DNA of 64,000 bases, taken from an uncultured Chloroflexia bacterium (GTDB lineage Bacteria > Chloroflexota > Limnocylindria > QHBO01). Below the pieces are notes generated by a model. That model searched no databases. It was not told the origin of the DNA and saw only the letters and a program-made list of their open reading frames with translations. The position numbers and the translations under genes were made by a program. The stretch lies in contig CAWFCQ010000007.1 in assembly GCA_963814375.1 (NCBI GenBank), positions 128,001-192,000 on the forward strand, given 5' to 3'. This document shows positions 9,326 to 18,826 of the stretch, in pieces (within the stretch, counting starts at the first letter, position 1; each line of letters starts with the position of its first letter).

Positions 9326-10594
9326 TCACACCAGGAACCGCAGCCACAGGTACACCGTGCTGATGAGCACGGTGGCGACCGTCACCGGCAGCCCGTAGCG
9401 AAGGAACGCCCCGAACGTGATCGGGTGCCCCTCGCGCTCGGCCATCGAGGCGAGGATCACATTGGCGCTCGCGCCGATGATCGTCATGTTGCCTCCGAGG
9501 TCCGCGCCGATGGCGAGTGCCCACCACAGGACGTCGGACTCATGACCCTCGGACAGCTGCTCAACGACCGGGAGCATCGTGGCCGTATATGGGATGTTGT
9601 CGATGATGCCGGACAGGATTGTCGAGACCCACAGGAGGAGGAACGCCGTCGCGCCCAGCGCTCCGCCGGTCACAGCGAGGATCGCGTCGGCAACCGCGTC
9701 GATGAGCCCGATCTCGATGACCCCGGCCACGAGCATGAAAAGGCCGATGAAGAAGAAGAGCGTCGGCCACTCGACCTCGCGCAGGACATCGTGCGGGTCC
9801 TCACGGGCGACGAGCATGAGGACGACGGCGCCGGTGAGAGCTATGGTCGCCGGCTCGAAGCCGACGATCCCGTGGACGAGGAAGCCCACGAGGGTCGCGC
9901 CCATGACGATGAGGGAAGAGCGCAGGAGCCGTGGGTCGGTGATCATCTCGCGCTCGTCGAGGGCGAGCAGCGTGTCACGTAGGTCTGGATCGGTGTCCAG
10001 CTGGCCGCGGAAAAGCCAGCGCGCCGCGATGAGGTAGAGCGTCAGCAGCAGGGCCGACAGCGGCGCCATGACGAGCAGGAAGTCGACGAAGTCGAGGCCT
10101 GCCGCGCTGCCGATCAGGATGTTGGGCGGATCGCCGATAAGCGTGGCGGCACCACCGATGTTGCTGGCCAAGATCTCGCTCACGAGGAGAGGAAACGGGC
10201 TCATCCCGAGTCGCGCTGCCAGGAAGAGCGTGATCGGTCCGACCAGGACGACGGTGGTGACGTTGTCCAGGAACGCGCTGGCGATGGCGGTGATGACGCT
10301 CAACACAACCAGGACCCGGTAGCCGTCTCCCCCCGCGAAGCGCGCAGCCCGCACTGCCAGCCAGCCGAAGACGCCAGTCTTCCGGATGATGCTGGCCAGG
10401 ATCATCATCCCGGCCAGGAGGAAGATGACGTTGAAGTCGATCGCCTCGAAGGCTTCCTCCTGAGTGATGATCCCGAGAAGCACCATCGTCACGCCGCCCG
10501 CCAGGGCCGCGATGGTCTTGTGGACGCGTTCGGTCGCAATGAGCCCGTAGGTGGCAATGAAGACCGCGAGGCCGGCGACGACCTCGAACGTCAT
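9326..10594 (-). CDS. ArsB/NhaD (IT superfamily) ion transporter
   Basis: SAFLDNVTTV, SNIGGAATLIGDPPN, DNIPY, LGGNMTIIGASAN. Confidence 0.92.
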   Translation of the reverse strand: MTFEVVAGLAVFIATYGLIATERVHKTIAALAGGVTMVLLGIITQEEAFEAIDFNVIFLLAGMMILASIIRKTGVFGWLAVRAARFAGGDGYRVLVVLSVITAIASAFLDNVTTVVLVGPITLFLAARLGMSPFPLLVSEILASNIGGAATLIGDPPNILIGSAAGLDFVDFLLVMAPLSALLLTLYLIAARWLFRGQLDTDPDLRDTLLALDEREMITDPRLLRSSLIVMGATLVGFLVHGIVGFEPATIALTGAVVLMLVAREDPHDVLREVEWPTLFFFIGLFMLVAGVIEIGLIDAVADAILAVTGGALGATAFLLLWVSTILSGIIDNIPYTATMLPVVEQLSEGHESDVLWWALAIGADLGGNMTIIGASANVILASMAEREGHPITFGAFLRYGLPVTVATVLISTVYLWLRFLV

Positions 10595-11118
10595 TGGTCG
10601 TGCTCGTGCTTCGGCTCCAGGAGACCCTCGCTACCAGTGGCACGCACCCAGACAAGCAACAGCTCCAGCTGGTCGACATAGCCCACGACGCGCCCTTCGT
10701 CGTCGGTGATCGGCACCCCGTTGAGCTTTGCGGCGTGCATCCGCTCGAAGGCATCGCGGACGGTCTCGTCGCGCCGCACCGAGACCGGCGGCAGCATGAC
10801 GTCGCCGGCAGTTCGGGCCCGGAGGTGCTGCGCGTACTTGAGTGCGCCCTCGAGATCGAGGATCTCGCCCAGGAACTCCTCCGGCACGATCTTGAGAAAG
10901 ATGTCGTTTACGAGGACGCGGATAGGGATGACTCCCATGAGTCTCATGTCGTCATCGGTAACCGCGATCACCCGGCAGCCGGTGTTGTCGACCGCCGCTT
11001 CGGCAACAGCTCGGAGGCTCACATCGGCGTGGACGACGACCGGTTCCATCCGCAGGATCGTGTCGGCCTCGGCGATCGGCGTGGTCTGGGTGATCGATTC
11101 TGGGGTCCGCTGAGCCAT
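10591..11118 (-). CDS. Tandem CBS-domain protein
   Basis: Two CBS repeats (LMGVI; VPITDDEGRVVGYV); ATGA overlap with the transporter. Confidence 0.88.
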   Translation of the reverse strand: MAQRTPESITQTTPIAEADTILRMEPVVVHADVSLRAVAEAAVDNTGCRVIAVTDDDMRLMGVIPIRVLVNDIFLKIVPEEFLGEILDLEGALKYAQHLRARTAGDVMLPPVSVRRDETVRDAFERMHAAKLNGVPITDDEGRVVGYVDQLELLLVWVRATGSEGLLEPKHEHDQ

Positions 11119-11120
11119 TG

Positions 11121-11220
11121 GCGACTCCGTAGCACATGAGGCTGCGCACGTGCGCAGCCTCCACCGTGGCGCCAGTGCTACGGGCTCGGCGCCTGAGCCC
11201 TCCCGGTCGAGACAGGACCC
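11121..11220 (-). promoter_or_regulatory. Structured 5' leader of the CBS-ArsB/NhaD operon (riboswitch/attenuator candidate)
   Basis: TAGACT -10 (11225-11230). A 24-nt perfect palindrome (11138-11161) is nested in the stem 11127-11135/11175-11183, which overlaps the GGAG SD. Confidence 0.45.
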
Positions 11221-11267
11221 GTTGAGTCTAGCCGGACGCCCGGGAGGCGGTCGGTATCATCTCGCCC

Positions 11268-12944
11268 ATGCCGCCCAGCCGACCGATGACCGGGCTCGAG
11301 CTGACGCTCATCGTCGCCCTGGCGGCGGCGCTGGTCCTCGGCGCCATCGCCCACCGGCTTGGCGTGCCACCGATGGTCGGTTACGTGGTCGCCGGGCTGG
11401 TGGTCGGGCCGGCGACGCCCGGCTTCGTGGCCACCCGCGAAGACGTGCTCGCGCTTGCGGACGTGGGCGTGGCACTGCTGATGTTCAGCATCGGCCTTCG
11501 ATTCAGCCTCGCCGAGCTGCGCTCGGTCGGCGTGCGGATCCTGGCCGGCACGCCCGTCCAGGTCGCGGCCACCATGGCTATCGGGACGGGAACCGGCCTC
11601 GCGCTCGGTTGGCCGTTGGCCGAGGCGCTCTTCATCGGCGGAGCGCTGGCCGTGTGCTCGACCGTCGTGCTGTTCAAGATCGGCGGCGAGGACGCGCTGC
11701 ACACCACCTCGTACGGGCTCACCGCGCTCGGCGTGTCGATCGTCCAGGACCTGCTGACGATCGTGCTGGTCGTGGCGCTGTCCGCCCTCGGCTCGCGCGA
11801 GGACGAAGGGCTGGTGCCGGTCATCGTGCGGGGCGCCGTGGCACTCGGCTTCGTGACGTTGCTGGTTGTGGCCGGCTCCCGGCTGCTGCCGCGGCTGCTG
11901 GGCATGATCGCCGGCCTGCGGTCGCGCGAGCTGTTCGTCATCGGTGTCGCCGTCATCGCCATCGGCACCGCCTTCGCCGCCAGCGCGCTCGGCGTCAGCG
12001 TCGCGCTGGGAGCCTTCGTCGCCGGGCTCGCGCTCGCCGACTCGGACCTGACCGACAGCGTGCTGGGCGAGATCGTCCCGCTGCGCGAGCTGTTCGCGAC
12101 CTTCTTCTTCGTCTCGATCGGGATCCTCCTCCAGCCAGCGGCGATCCTGGCGGCCATTCCCGTGGTCGTGGCGCTGCTTCTCATCGTCACGCTCGGCAAG
12201 GCCGTCCCGATCGCGGCGCTGGCGCGGTTCGACGGACAGCGACCGTCATCGGCGCTGCGCGCCGGCGCGCTCGTCGGCCAGAGCGGCGAGTTCAGCTTCG
12301 TGCTGGCCTCGACCGGCCTGGCGCTGGGTGCCGTCGGGCCGGACTCGTTCAGCCTGGCAATGGGGGCAGTGGTCATCTCGATCCTGACCGCCGAGCCGCT
12401 CCTCGCGGGGGCGAGCCGGCTGGGGGATTGGCTCGACACCCGGGCACGACTCCCCGACATGCCCGGCGAGGAGCCGGCGAACCTGCGCCGGCACGCGGTG
12501 ATCCTGGGCTACGGGCGAGTCGGACGCTCCGTGGCCCGCGTGCTGGGGTCGCGCGGCTTCGCATGGGTCGCCGTCGAGGGCGACTACCACGTCGCGCGCG
12601 AGGCGCGGTTGGCCGGGGCCTCGGTCGTGTTCGGCGAGGCAGGCACACCGTCGGTGCTGGACCGCGCCAGCGTCGCCGATGCCCACGCGCTGATCGTCGC
12701 CATCCCCGATGCGCTCGCGACGCGCCAGGCGATCACCTACGCGCGCGGCCGGAACCCTCGCCTGGACGTCGTGGCTCGCGCCCACTCGGAGGCGGAGGAG
12801 ACGGACCTGCGGCGGCTCGGCGCGATGCGTGTCGTGGTCGCCGAGCGAGAGCTCGGGAACGAGCTCATTCGCCACGCCCTGCGACGCTTCGGCGTCAGCG
12901 ACCGGGAGGTCGCCGCCATCCTCGAGTCCCGCCGCCGCGTTTGA
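11268..12944 (+). CDS. CPA2-family cation:proton antiporter with C-terminal TrkA-N (Kef/YbaL-like)
   Basis: LLMFSIGL, VCSTVV, IVQDL, FFVSIG, GQSGEFSFV, HAVILGYGRVG. Confidence 0.92.
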   Translation: MPPSRPMTGLELTLIVALAAALVLGAIAHRLGVPPMVGYVVAGLVVGPATPGFVATREDVLALADVGVALLMFSIGLRFSLAELRSVGVRILAGTPVQVAATMAIGTGTGLALGWPLAEALFIGGALAVCSTVVLFKIGGEDALHTTSYGLTALGVSIVQDLLTIVLVVALSALGSREDEGLVPVIVRGAVALGFVTLLVVAGSRLLPRLLGMIAGLRSRELFVIGVAVIAIGTAFAASALGVSVALGAFVAGLALADSDLTDSVLGEIVPLRELFATFFFVSIGILLQPAAILAAIPVVVALLLIVTLGKAVPIAALARFDGQRPSSALRAGALVGQSGEFSFVLASTGLALGAVGPDSFSLAMGAVVISILTAEPLLAGASRLGDWLDTRARLPDMPGEEPANLRRHAVILGYGRVGRSVARVLGSRGFAWVAVEGDYHVAREARLAGASVVFGEAGTPSVLDRASVADAHALIVAIPDALATRQAITYARGRNPRLDVVARAHSEAEETDLRRLGAMRVVVAERELGNELIRHALRRFGVSDREVAAILESRRRV

Positions 12945-13095
12945 TGGGGCGCCCGCGCACCGTTGACGCAGTGTTGACCGGGCCGCGGCGAGACGCTTCA
13001 CGCGGCTCGGCGTAGAATCGGCGGCGCGCAGTCAGCCGGACTCCCGAGCGCCGGCGTCCTTCAGCGCATCACCGAAGGATCCGAGGGAGATCACT

Positions 13096-14925
13096 TTGAC
13101 CGGACGCAAGCTCTTCGCCGTGCCCATTGCGGTACTCATCGCCCTTGCCGCCGTCCTCGGCGGCGGGGCCGCGGCTCTCGCCAAGAACGACAAGCCGCCC
13201 GTCATCAAGAACGGCCGGCAGGTCGAGGTCCAGATCCTCGCCCTGAACGACTTCCACGGGAACGTCCTGCCGCCGGCCGGCTCGAGTGGCCGTGTCGGAC
13301 CTGCCGTCGGTGGCACGATCGCCGGTGGCGCGGAGTATCTCGCCACCCATGTCGCCAACTTGGAGAAGACGAACAGGAACACCATCGTCGTCTCGGCCGG
13401 CGACCTCATCGGCGCCAGCCCCATCCTCTCCGCGCTGTTCCATGACGAGCCGACGATCGAGGCGATGAACCTCATCGGTCTCGACCTCAACGCGGTCGGC
13501 AACCACGAGTTCGACGAGGGCGCCACCGAGCTGCTGCGGATGCAGAACGGCGGATGCCACCCCGTCGACGGCTGCCAGGACGGCACCGGCTTTGCGGGAG
13601 CCGACTTCGACTTCCTCGCGGCGAACGTCGTCAACGAGGCGACCGGCGCGACCCTCTTCGCCCCGTACAGCATCCGGAACTTCAACGGCGCCAAGGTGGC
13701 GTTCATCGGCATGACCCTCGAGGGCACGCCGAACATCGTCAGCCCGTCGGGCGTCGCCGGCTATGACTTCCGCGACGAGGCCGACACCGTCAACGCGCTC
13801 ATCCCGGCCATCCGGGCACAGGGCGTCGAGGCCGTCGTCGTGCTCCTGCACGAAGGCGCCACGCCGTCAGGCACCGTCACCGCCGCCAGCATCAACCAGT
13901 GCGGTGCCAACAACGCCGGCATCAGCGGGCCGATCATCGACATCGCGACCCGCCTCGACAGCGAGGTCGACCTCCTCATCTCCGGCCACACCCACCAGCC
14001 CTACACCTGCGTGGTCGACGGCCTGCCGGTGACGAGCGCCTACTCGTTCGGCCGCCTCCTGACCGACATCGACATGACCGTCGACAAGGGGACCAAGGAC
14101 GTCACCAAGCTCACGATCAACAACCGGATCGTCACGCGGGACGTCCCGAAGGACGCCCGCATCAGCGACCTGATCGCGCGCTACCAGGTGTTCGAGGCGC
14201 CGATCGCTAACCGTGTCATCGGTCACATGCAGGTTCCGGCCGGCTGCGACCCGCTCGCCGCGGGGGCCACGTGCGCCGACATCACGACGGCCAACGACGA
14301 CTCCAAGGAGCAGTCGATGGGCAACGTGATCGCCGATGCCCAGCTGGCAGCGACCGATGATGCCGGCACCGGACAGGCGGTGGTCAGCTTCATGAACCCC
14401 GGTGGCGTGCGCGCCAACCTCAACTACCTGTCGAGCTCGGCGGGCGAGGGCAACGGGGTAATCACCTACGGCGAGCTGTTCACGGTCCAGCCGTTCGGCA
14501 ACTCGCTGGTGACGATGACGCTGACCGGGGCGCAGATCGAGCGGATGCTCGAGCAGCAGTTCTGCGGGTTGAACTCGCCCGCCAACACGTTCTTCCACAA
14601 GGTGCTGCTGCCGTCGGCTGGCTTCAGCTACACGTGGGACCTCTCGGCTGCCGACTCGGCGGCCGGGGCGAACTGCGCCACGGCCGATGCGGTCAATCCC
14701 GCCTCGATCACCCTCAACGGGGCGCCGCTGAGCATGACGGGGACGTATCGCGTCACCGTCAACAGCTTCCTGGCCGAGGGTGGTGACGGCTTCCCGGTCT
14801 TCGTCGAGGGCACGAATCGCCTCGGCGGGGCCGTCGACACCGATGCCTTCGAGGCCTACCTGGCGGCTGCCGAGCCGGCCGGGATCCTCCCCGCACCGCG
14901 CAACCGCATCAACGTCGTTCCGTAG
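13096..14925 (+). CDS. Secreted bifunctional metallophosphatase/5'-nucleotidase
   Basis: Signal peptide; NDFHG, AGDLIG, GNHEFD, SGHTH, MNPGGVRA, QPFGN, GGDGF; GAGGGAG SD before TTG. Confidence 0.93.
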   Translation: MTGRKLFAVPIAVLIALAAVLGGGAAALAKNDKPPVIKNGRQVEVQILALNDFHGNVLPPAGSSGRVGPAVGGTIAGGAEYLATHVANLEKTNRNTIVVSAGDLIGASPILSALFHDEPTIEAMNLIGLDLNAVGNHEFDEGATELLRMQNGGCHPVDGCQDGTGFAGADFDFLAANVVNEATGATLFAPYSIRNFNGAKVAFIGMTLEGTPNIVSPSGVAGYDFRDEADTVNALIPAIRAQGVEAVVVLLHEGATPSGTVTAASINQCGANNAGISGPIIDIATRLDSEVDLLISGHTHQPYTCVVDGLPVTSAYSFGRLLTDIDMTVDKGTKDVTKLTINNRIVTRDVPKDARISDLIARYQVFEAPIANRVIGHMQVPAGCDPLAAGATCADITTANDDSKEQSMGNVIADAQLAATDDAGTGQAVVSFMNPGGVRANLNYLSSSAGEGNGVITYGELFTVQPFGNSLVTMTLTGAQIERMLEQQFCGLNSPANTFFHKVLLPSAGFSYTWDLSAADSAAGANCATADAVNPASITLNGAPLSMTGTYRVTVNSFLAEGGDGFPVFVEGTNRLGGAVDTDAFEAYLAAAEPAGILPAPRNRINVVP

Positions 14926-14955
14926 GTCCTGCCGCTGAGCGGCAAGCCGAACCCT

Positions 14956-14992
14956 GGGTGGGCCGCCTCCTCGGAGGCGGCTCACTCTGTTT
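14956..14992 (+). terminator. Intrinsic terminator-like hairpin
   Basis: GGGTGGGCCGCCTCC / GGAGGCGGCTCACTC stem followed by TGTTT. Confidence 0.7.
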
Positions 14993-15657
14993 CAGTCGCC
15001 TTGCGGGCCTGCCCACGCCTCGTCGATGCGCTCGACCAGCTCGTCCAGGGATCGCACGACGAGGTGGGCGGCTCCGTCGGTGTCCTCCTGGAGAAACCCC
15101 CACGGCCCGCGCCGGATCCAGATCGCGCGCATCCCGGCGGCGGCCGCGGGCCTGACGTCGTTGTCGACCCTGTCGCCGACATAGGCCACCGCTCCCGCCT
15201 CCGGCGAGCCGATGAGCTCCAGGGTCCTCGCGAAGAACGCGCCGTCCGGCTTATGGAGGCCCATCGCGTCGCTCATGGCCATCGCCTCCACCTTCAGCCC
15301 GAGCGCCTCGAGCTCCTCGTGGCGGCGAGCCGGCTGGTTCGCGGTGATGGCGACCCGGTAGCCGCCGGCCTTCAGGCCATCGACGGCGCGGATCGCATCG
15401 GGATAGAGGTCATCGGCCCGGAGTGCGCCGAATCGCTCCTCGAACTCCGGCTGACGGTCGCGCCATTCGGGCCGCTGGAGCAGCTCGAAGAAGCGGCGCC
15501 AGTCATCGGGCTTCTCGCCGTTCGTGATCGAGCCGCCCAGGACCGCCATGAGCGTGAACTGGGGCAGGCCGAGAACCTCGGCCCAGGTGCGGAAGACGCG
15601 CGTCTCGTCCACGAGCGTCTCGCCGACGTCGAGGACGACCCATCGGTCACCGCTCAT
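14992..15657 (-). CDS. HAD-superfamily hydrolase
   Basis: LDVGETLVD, HKP, YVGDRVDNDV. Confidence 0.88.
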   Translation of the reverse strand: MSGDRWVVLDVGETLVDETRVFRTWAEVLGLPQFTLMAVLGGSITNGEKPDDWRRFFELLQRPEWRDRQPEFEERFGALRADDLYPDAIRAVDGLKAGGYRVAITANQPARRHEELEALGLKVEAMAMSDAMGLHKPDGAFFARTLELIGSPEAGAVAYVGDRVDNDVRPAAAAGMRAIWIRRGPWGFLQEDTDGAAHLVVRSLDELVERIDEAWAGPQGD

Positions 15658-15701
15658 CTCGTTGCCCTCTCGATTCGGACGCGCTGGAAACTGTCAGCCG
15701 A

Positions 15702-15719
15702 TATGTCACTAACGACATA
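15702..15719. promoter_or_regulatory. Operator-like AT-rich inverted repeat TATGTC-N6-GACATA
   Basis: Perfect 6-bp arms in the intergenic region upstream of the HAD gene. Confidence 0.4.
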
Positions 15720-15768
15720 ACGCGTGATGGCGCGCGGCAGCGGTCGCCGCCTGCTCATCGGCGCCTGG

Positions 15769-17172
15769 CTAGGCTTGCTTCACCCCGGACACCAGGGCCT
15801 CGACTGAAGGCTTCGCGTCCCCGAACAGCATCTTCGTCTTCTCGTTGCTGAACAGCGGGTTCGGGATGCCGGCAAACCCGGTCCCACGACCGCGCTTCAG
15901 GACGATGATGTTCTGCGCCTGGTCGACGTTGAGGATCGGCATGCCGCTGATCGGCGAGCCCTCCTCGCGCGCGAGCGGGTTCACGACGTCGTTTGCGCCG
16001 ATGATGAGCGCGACGTCGGTATCGGCGAAGTCGTCGTTGATCTCGTCCATCTCCTGGAGGCGGTCGTACGGCACGTTCGCCTCCGCCAGGAGCACGTTCA
16101 TATGGCCGGGCATGCGGCCGGCGACCGGGTGGATCGCGAACTGGACGTCAACGCCCCTGGCGACGAGGAGGTCCATGAGCTCGCGCACCGGCCCCTGCGC
16201 CTGCGCAACCGCCATGCCGTAGCCGGGCACGATGATCACGCGCTTGCCGTAGGCCATGAGGACCGCGGCGTCCTCGGCGCCGATCTCGCGCAGCTGCTCC
16301 TCGCCCTCCGCTCCGGCGGCCGTCGCCTCGCCGCCGGTGCCGAATCCGGCGAAGAGGACGTTGAACAGCGAGCGGTTCATGGCCCTGCACATGAGCTGGG
16401 TGAGGATGGCGCCGGAAGCGCCGACCAGCGTGCCGGCGATGAGGAGCGCGTAGTTGCTCAGCACGAAGCCGGTCGCCGCCACCGCGATGCCGGTGTAGCT
16501 GTTGAGCAGCGACACCACGACCGGCATGTCCGCGCCGCCGATGGGCATGACCAGCTGCACGCCGAGGACGAGTGAAAGCCCGACGAACAGGAGGAAGAGC
16601 GGCGTGGACGGCTCGACCGCCGTCAGGTAGATGCCGATGGCGACGAGCGCCAGGGCGAGCGCCGCGGTCACCAGCTGCGAACCCGGGTACTTCACCGGCC
16701 GCGAGGCGATGACCCCCTGGAGCTTGCCCCAGGCGACGACGGAGCCGGTGAGCGAGACGGAGCCGATCACGGCACCAAGGAGGGTCGCGACGATGAACGC
16801 GAGCGGCAGCAGCTCGCCGGGATGGAGCTGGACGTCGCGCGTGAACTCGACGACCGCGACGAGCGCCGCCGCGCCGCCGCCGGCGCCATTGAAGATGGCG
16901 ACCATCTGCGGCATGGCGGTCATCGCCACGCGCTTTGCGCCGAGCCAGCCGGCAACGGAGCCGATGGCGCCGCCGAGCACGACGATCCACCAGTTGTCGA
17001 GCATGCCCTCGGTGGTGAAGAAGGTCCACGCCACCACGAGCGCCATGCCGGCCGCGCCGAGGAGGTTGCCGGTGCGCGCCGTCCTCGGACTGGCCAGGAA
17101 CTTGAGGGCGAGGATGAAGGTGACGCTGGCGACGAGCCAGACGAGGTAGGTCAGGATCTCGAGCGTGTCCAT
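15769..17172 (-). CDS. pntB: NAD(P)+ transhydrogenase subunit beta
   Basis: MTAMPQMVA, IGGADMPVVVSLLNSY, VPGYGMAVAQAQ, HPVAGRMPGHMNVLLAEA, GANDVVNP. Confidence 0.97.
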   Translation of the reverse strand: MDTLEILTYLVWLVASVTFILALKFLASPRTARTGNLLGAAGMALVVAWTFFTTEGMLDNWWIVVLGGAIGSVAGWLGAKRVAMTAMPQMVAIFNGAGGGAAALVAVVEFTRDVQLHPGELLPLAFIVATLLGAVIGSVSLTGSVVAWGKLQGVIASRPVKYPGSQLVTAALALALVAIGIYLTAVEPSTPLFLLFVGLSLVLGVQLVMPIGGADMPVVVSLLNSYTGIAVAATGFVLSNYALLIAGTLVGASGAILTQLMCRAMNRSLFNVLFAGFGTGGEATAAGAEGEEQLREIGAEDAAVLMAYGKRVIIVPGYGMAVAQAQGPVRELMDLLVARGVDVQFAIHPVAGRMPGHMNVLLAEANVPYDRLQEMDEINDDFADTDVALIIGANDVVNPLAREEGSPISGMPILNVDQAQNIIVLKRGRGTGFAGIPNPLFSNEKTKMLFGDAKPSVEALVSGVKQA

Positions 17173-17478
17173 CTAGCGGCGATCCCCGCCCCGTCCCTTG
17201 AACATCTCGAGCATCCGATCCGTGACGGTGAAGCCGCCAACCACGTTGATCGTGCCGAGGATCACGGCGAGGAACGCGAGCACAATCGCGATCGGGGTGT
17301 CGGCGGTTGCGGCGACCAGCATCGCCCCCACCACGATGACGCCGTGGACGGCGTTGGCGCCGCTCATCAGCGGGGTATGGAGCATCGTCGGGACCTTCGA
17401 CACCACCTCGTAGCCGACGAATGCCGCAAGCACGAGGATGAAGAGGGCCGAGATCAGCTCGAAGGCGGAGAGCTCCAT
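17173..17478 (-). CDS. pntA: NAD(P)+ transhydrogenase alpha, membrane part (split alpha, PntAB)
   Basis: LHTPLMSGANA, INVVGGFTVTDRMLEMFK. Confidence 0.93.
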   Translation of the reverse strand: MELSAFELISALFILVLAAFVGYEVVSKVPTMLHTPLMSGANAVHGVIVVGAMLVAATADTPIAIVLAFLAVILGTINVVGGFTVTDRMLEMFKGRGGDRR

Positions 17479-17482
17479 CGGT

Positions 17483-18670
17483 CTAGGCCTCCTTCTCTGG
17501 CTGGGCTTTGGCCTCTGGCTGGGCGACTTCGATGCCCAGCGCCTTGGCGGTCGCCTCGTGGACGACCTTCCCGCCGTGGGTGATCGTGGCGCCTCGGGTG
17601 ATCTCATCGGCGAGGTCGATCTGGAGCTCGCCGTCGACGAGGAGGTGCTTGATGAGGGTCTGGAGGTTCTTGGCGTACATCTGCGTCGCACTGGCAGGCA
17701 TGGTCGCCGGAAGGTTGGTGAGCCCCACGATCAGCACCCCGTGGCGGACGACCTCCTTGCCGGCCTCGGTGCCCTCGACGTTCCCACCCATCTCCGCGGC
17801 CATGTCGATGATCACGCTTCCGGGCTTCATGCTGGCCACCATCTCGTCGGTGACGAGCTTCGGCGCCGGGCGTCCCGGGATCAGGGCGGTGGTGATGATG
17901 AAGTCGGCCTCCTTGACGCGCTCGGCGATGAGCTCTGCCTGGCGGCGCTTGTAGTCGTCGCTCATCTCGGTGGCGTAGCCGCCGGCGGTCTCCGCCTTCG
18001 CCTTCTCCTCGTCGGTCATCTCGACCTCGATGAAGGTGCCGCCCAGGCTCTCGACCTGCTCCTTGACGACCGGCCGCACATCCGTGGCCTCGACCACGGC
18101 GCCGAGCCGTCGCGCGGTGCCGATGGCCATCAGGCCGGCAACGCCGGCGCCCATGACGATGCCGCGAGCGGGGCGGATGGTCCCGGCAGCGGTGGTGAGC
18201 AACGGGAAGAACTTCGGCAGCCGCTCGGCGGCGATGAGGACGGCCTTGTAGCCACCAACGGTCGCCTGCGAGCTCAGCGTGTCCATGCTCTGCGCCCGGG
18301 TGATGCGCGGGATGGCGTCCATGCTGATGGCGGTGACACCCGCCTTCGCCAGCTTCTGCGCCAGCTCAGGCTTGGCCAGGGTGCCCAGGGTGCCGATGAG
18401 GACGCTGCGGTTCCGCAGCATCTCGACCTCCTCGTCCGAGGGGCGGCCGACGCGCAGGATCATGTCCGCCTGGCTGTACAGCTGAGCCGCATCCGGGACG
18501 ACGGTGGCACCTGCCTCGCGGTACGCCTCGTCCAGGTTTGCCGATGCGTCGCCGGCACCGGACTCGACGAGAACCTCGACGCCGTCGCCGATCAGCTGGC
18601 CGGCGATCTGGGGAGTGAGCGCGACGCGCGTCTCGCCATCTGCCGTTTCGCGCGGGACACCGATCTTCAT
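17483..18670 (-). CDS. pntA: NAD(P)+ transhydrogenase alpha, NAD(H)-binding part (PntAA)
   Basis: MKIGVPRE, PRITRAQSMD, GAGVAGL, TALIPGRPAP, GGNVE. Confidence 0.96.
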   Translation of the reverse strand: MKIGVPRETADGETRVALTPQIAGQLIGDGVEVLVESGAGDASANLDEAYREAGATVVPDAAQLYSQADMILRVGRPSDEEVEMLRNRSVLIGTLGTLAKPELAQKLAKAGVTAISMDAIPRITRAQSMDTLSSQATVGGYKAVLIAAERLPKFFPLLTTAAGTIRPARGIVMGAGVAGLMAIGTARRLGAVVEATDVRPVVKEQVESLGGTFIEVEMTDEEKAKAETAGGYATEMSDDYKRRQAELIAERVKEADFIITTALIPGRPAPKLVTDEMVASMKPGSVIIDMAAEMGGNVEGTEAGKEVVRHGVLIVGLTNLPATMPASATQMYAKNLQTLIKHLLVDGELQIDLADEITRGATITHGGKVVHEATAKALGIEVAQPEAKAQPEKEA

Positions 18671-18826
18671 GGACAGTCTCTACACCGATGGGCATTCACG
18701 CCGCGAACCGCCGCAGCTCCTCCGAGAAGGGCGCATGGCGGTTCGGGATCCAGAGTGTAGCAGTCCACGCGACCGCCAGTAGAGCCGCACAGCGGCCGAA
18801 TGGCGACCATTGCACAATACGTTCGC

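Noticed and set aside
18800-18826. Rex operator near the pnt promoter (TTGCACAA)
   Set aside because: Does not form the TTGTGAA-N4-TTCACAA dyad; better explained as the CACAAT -10 of the ABC gene
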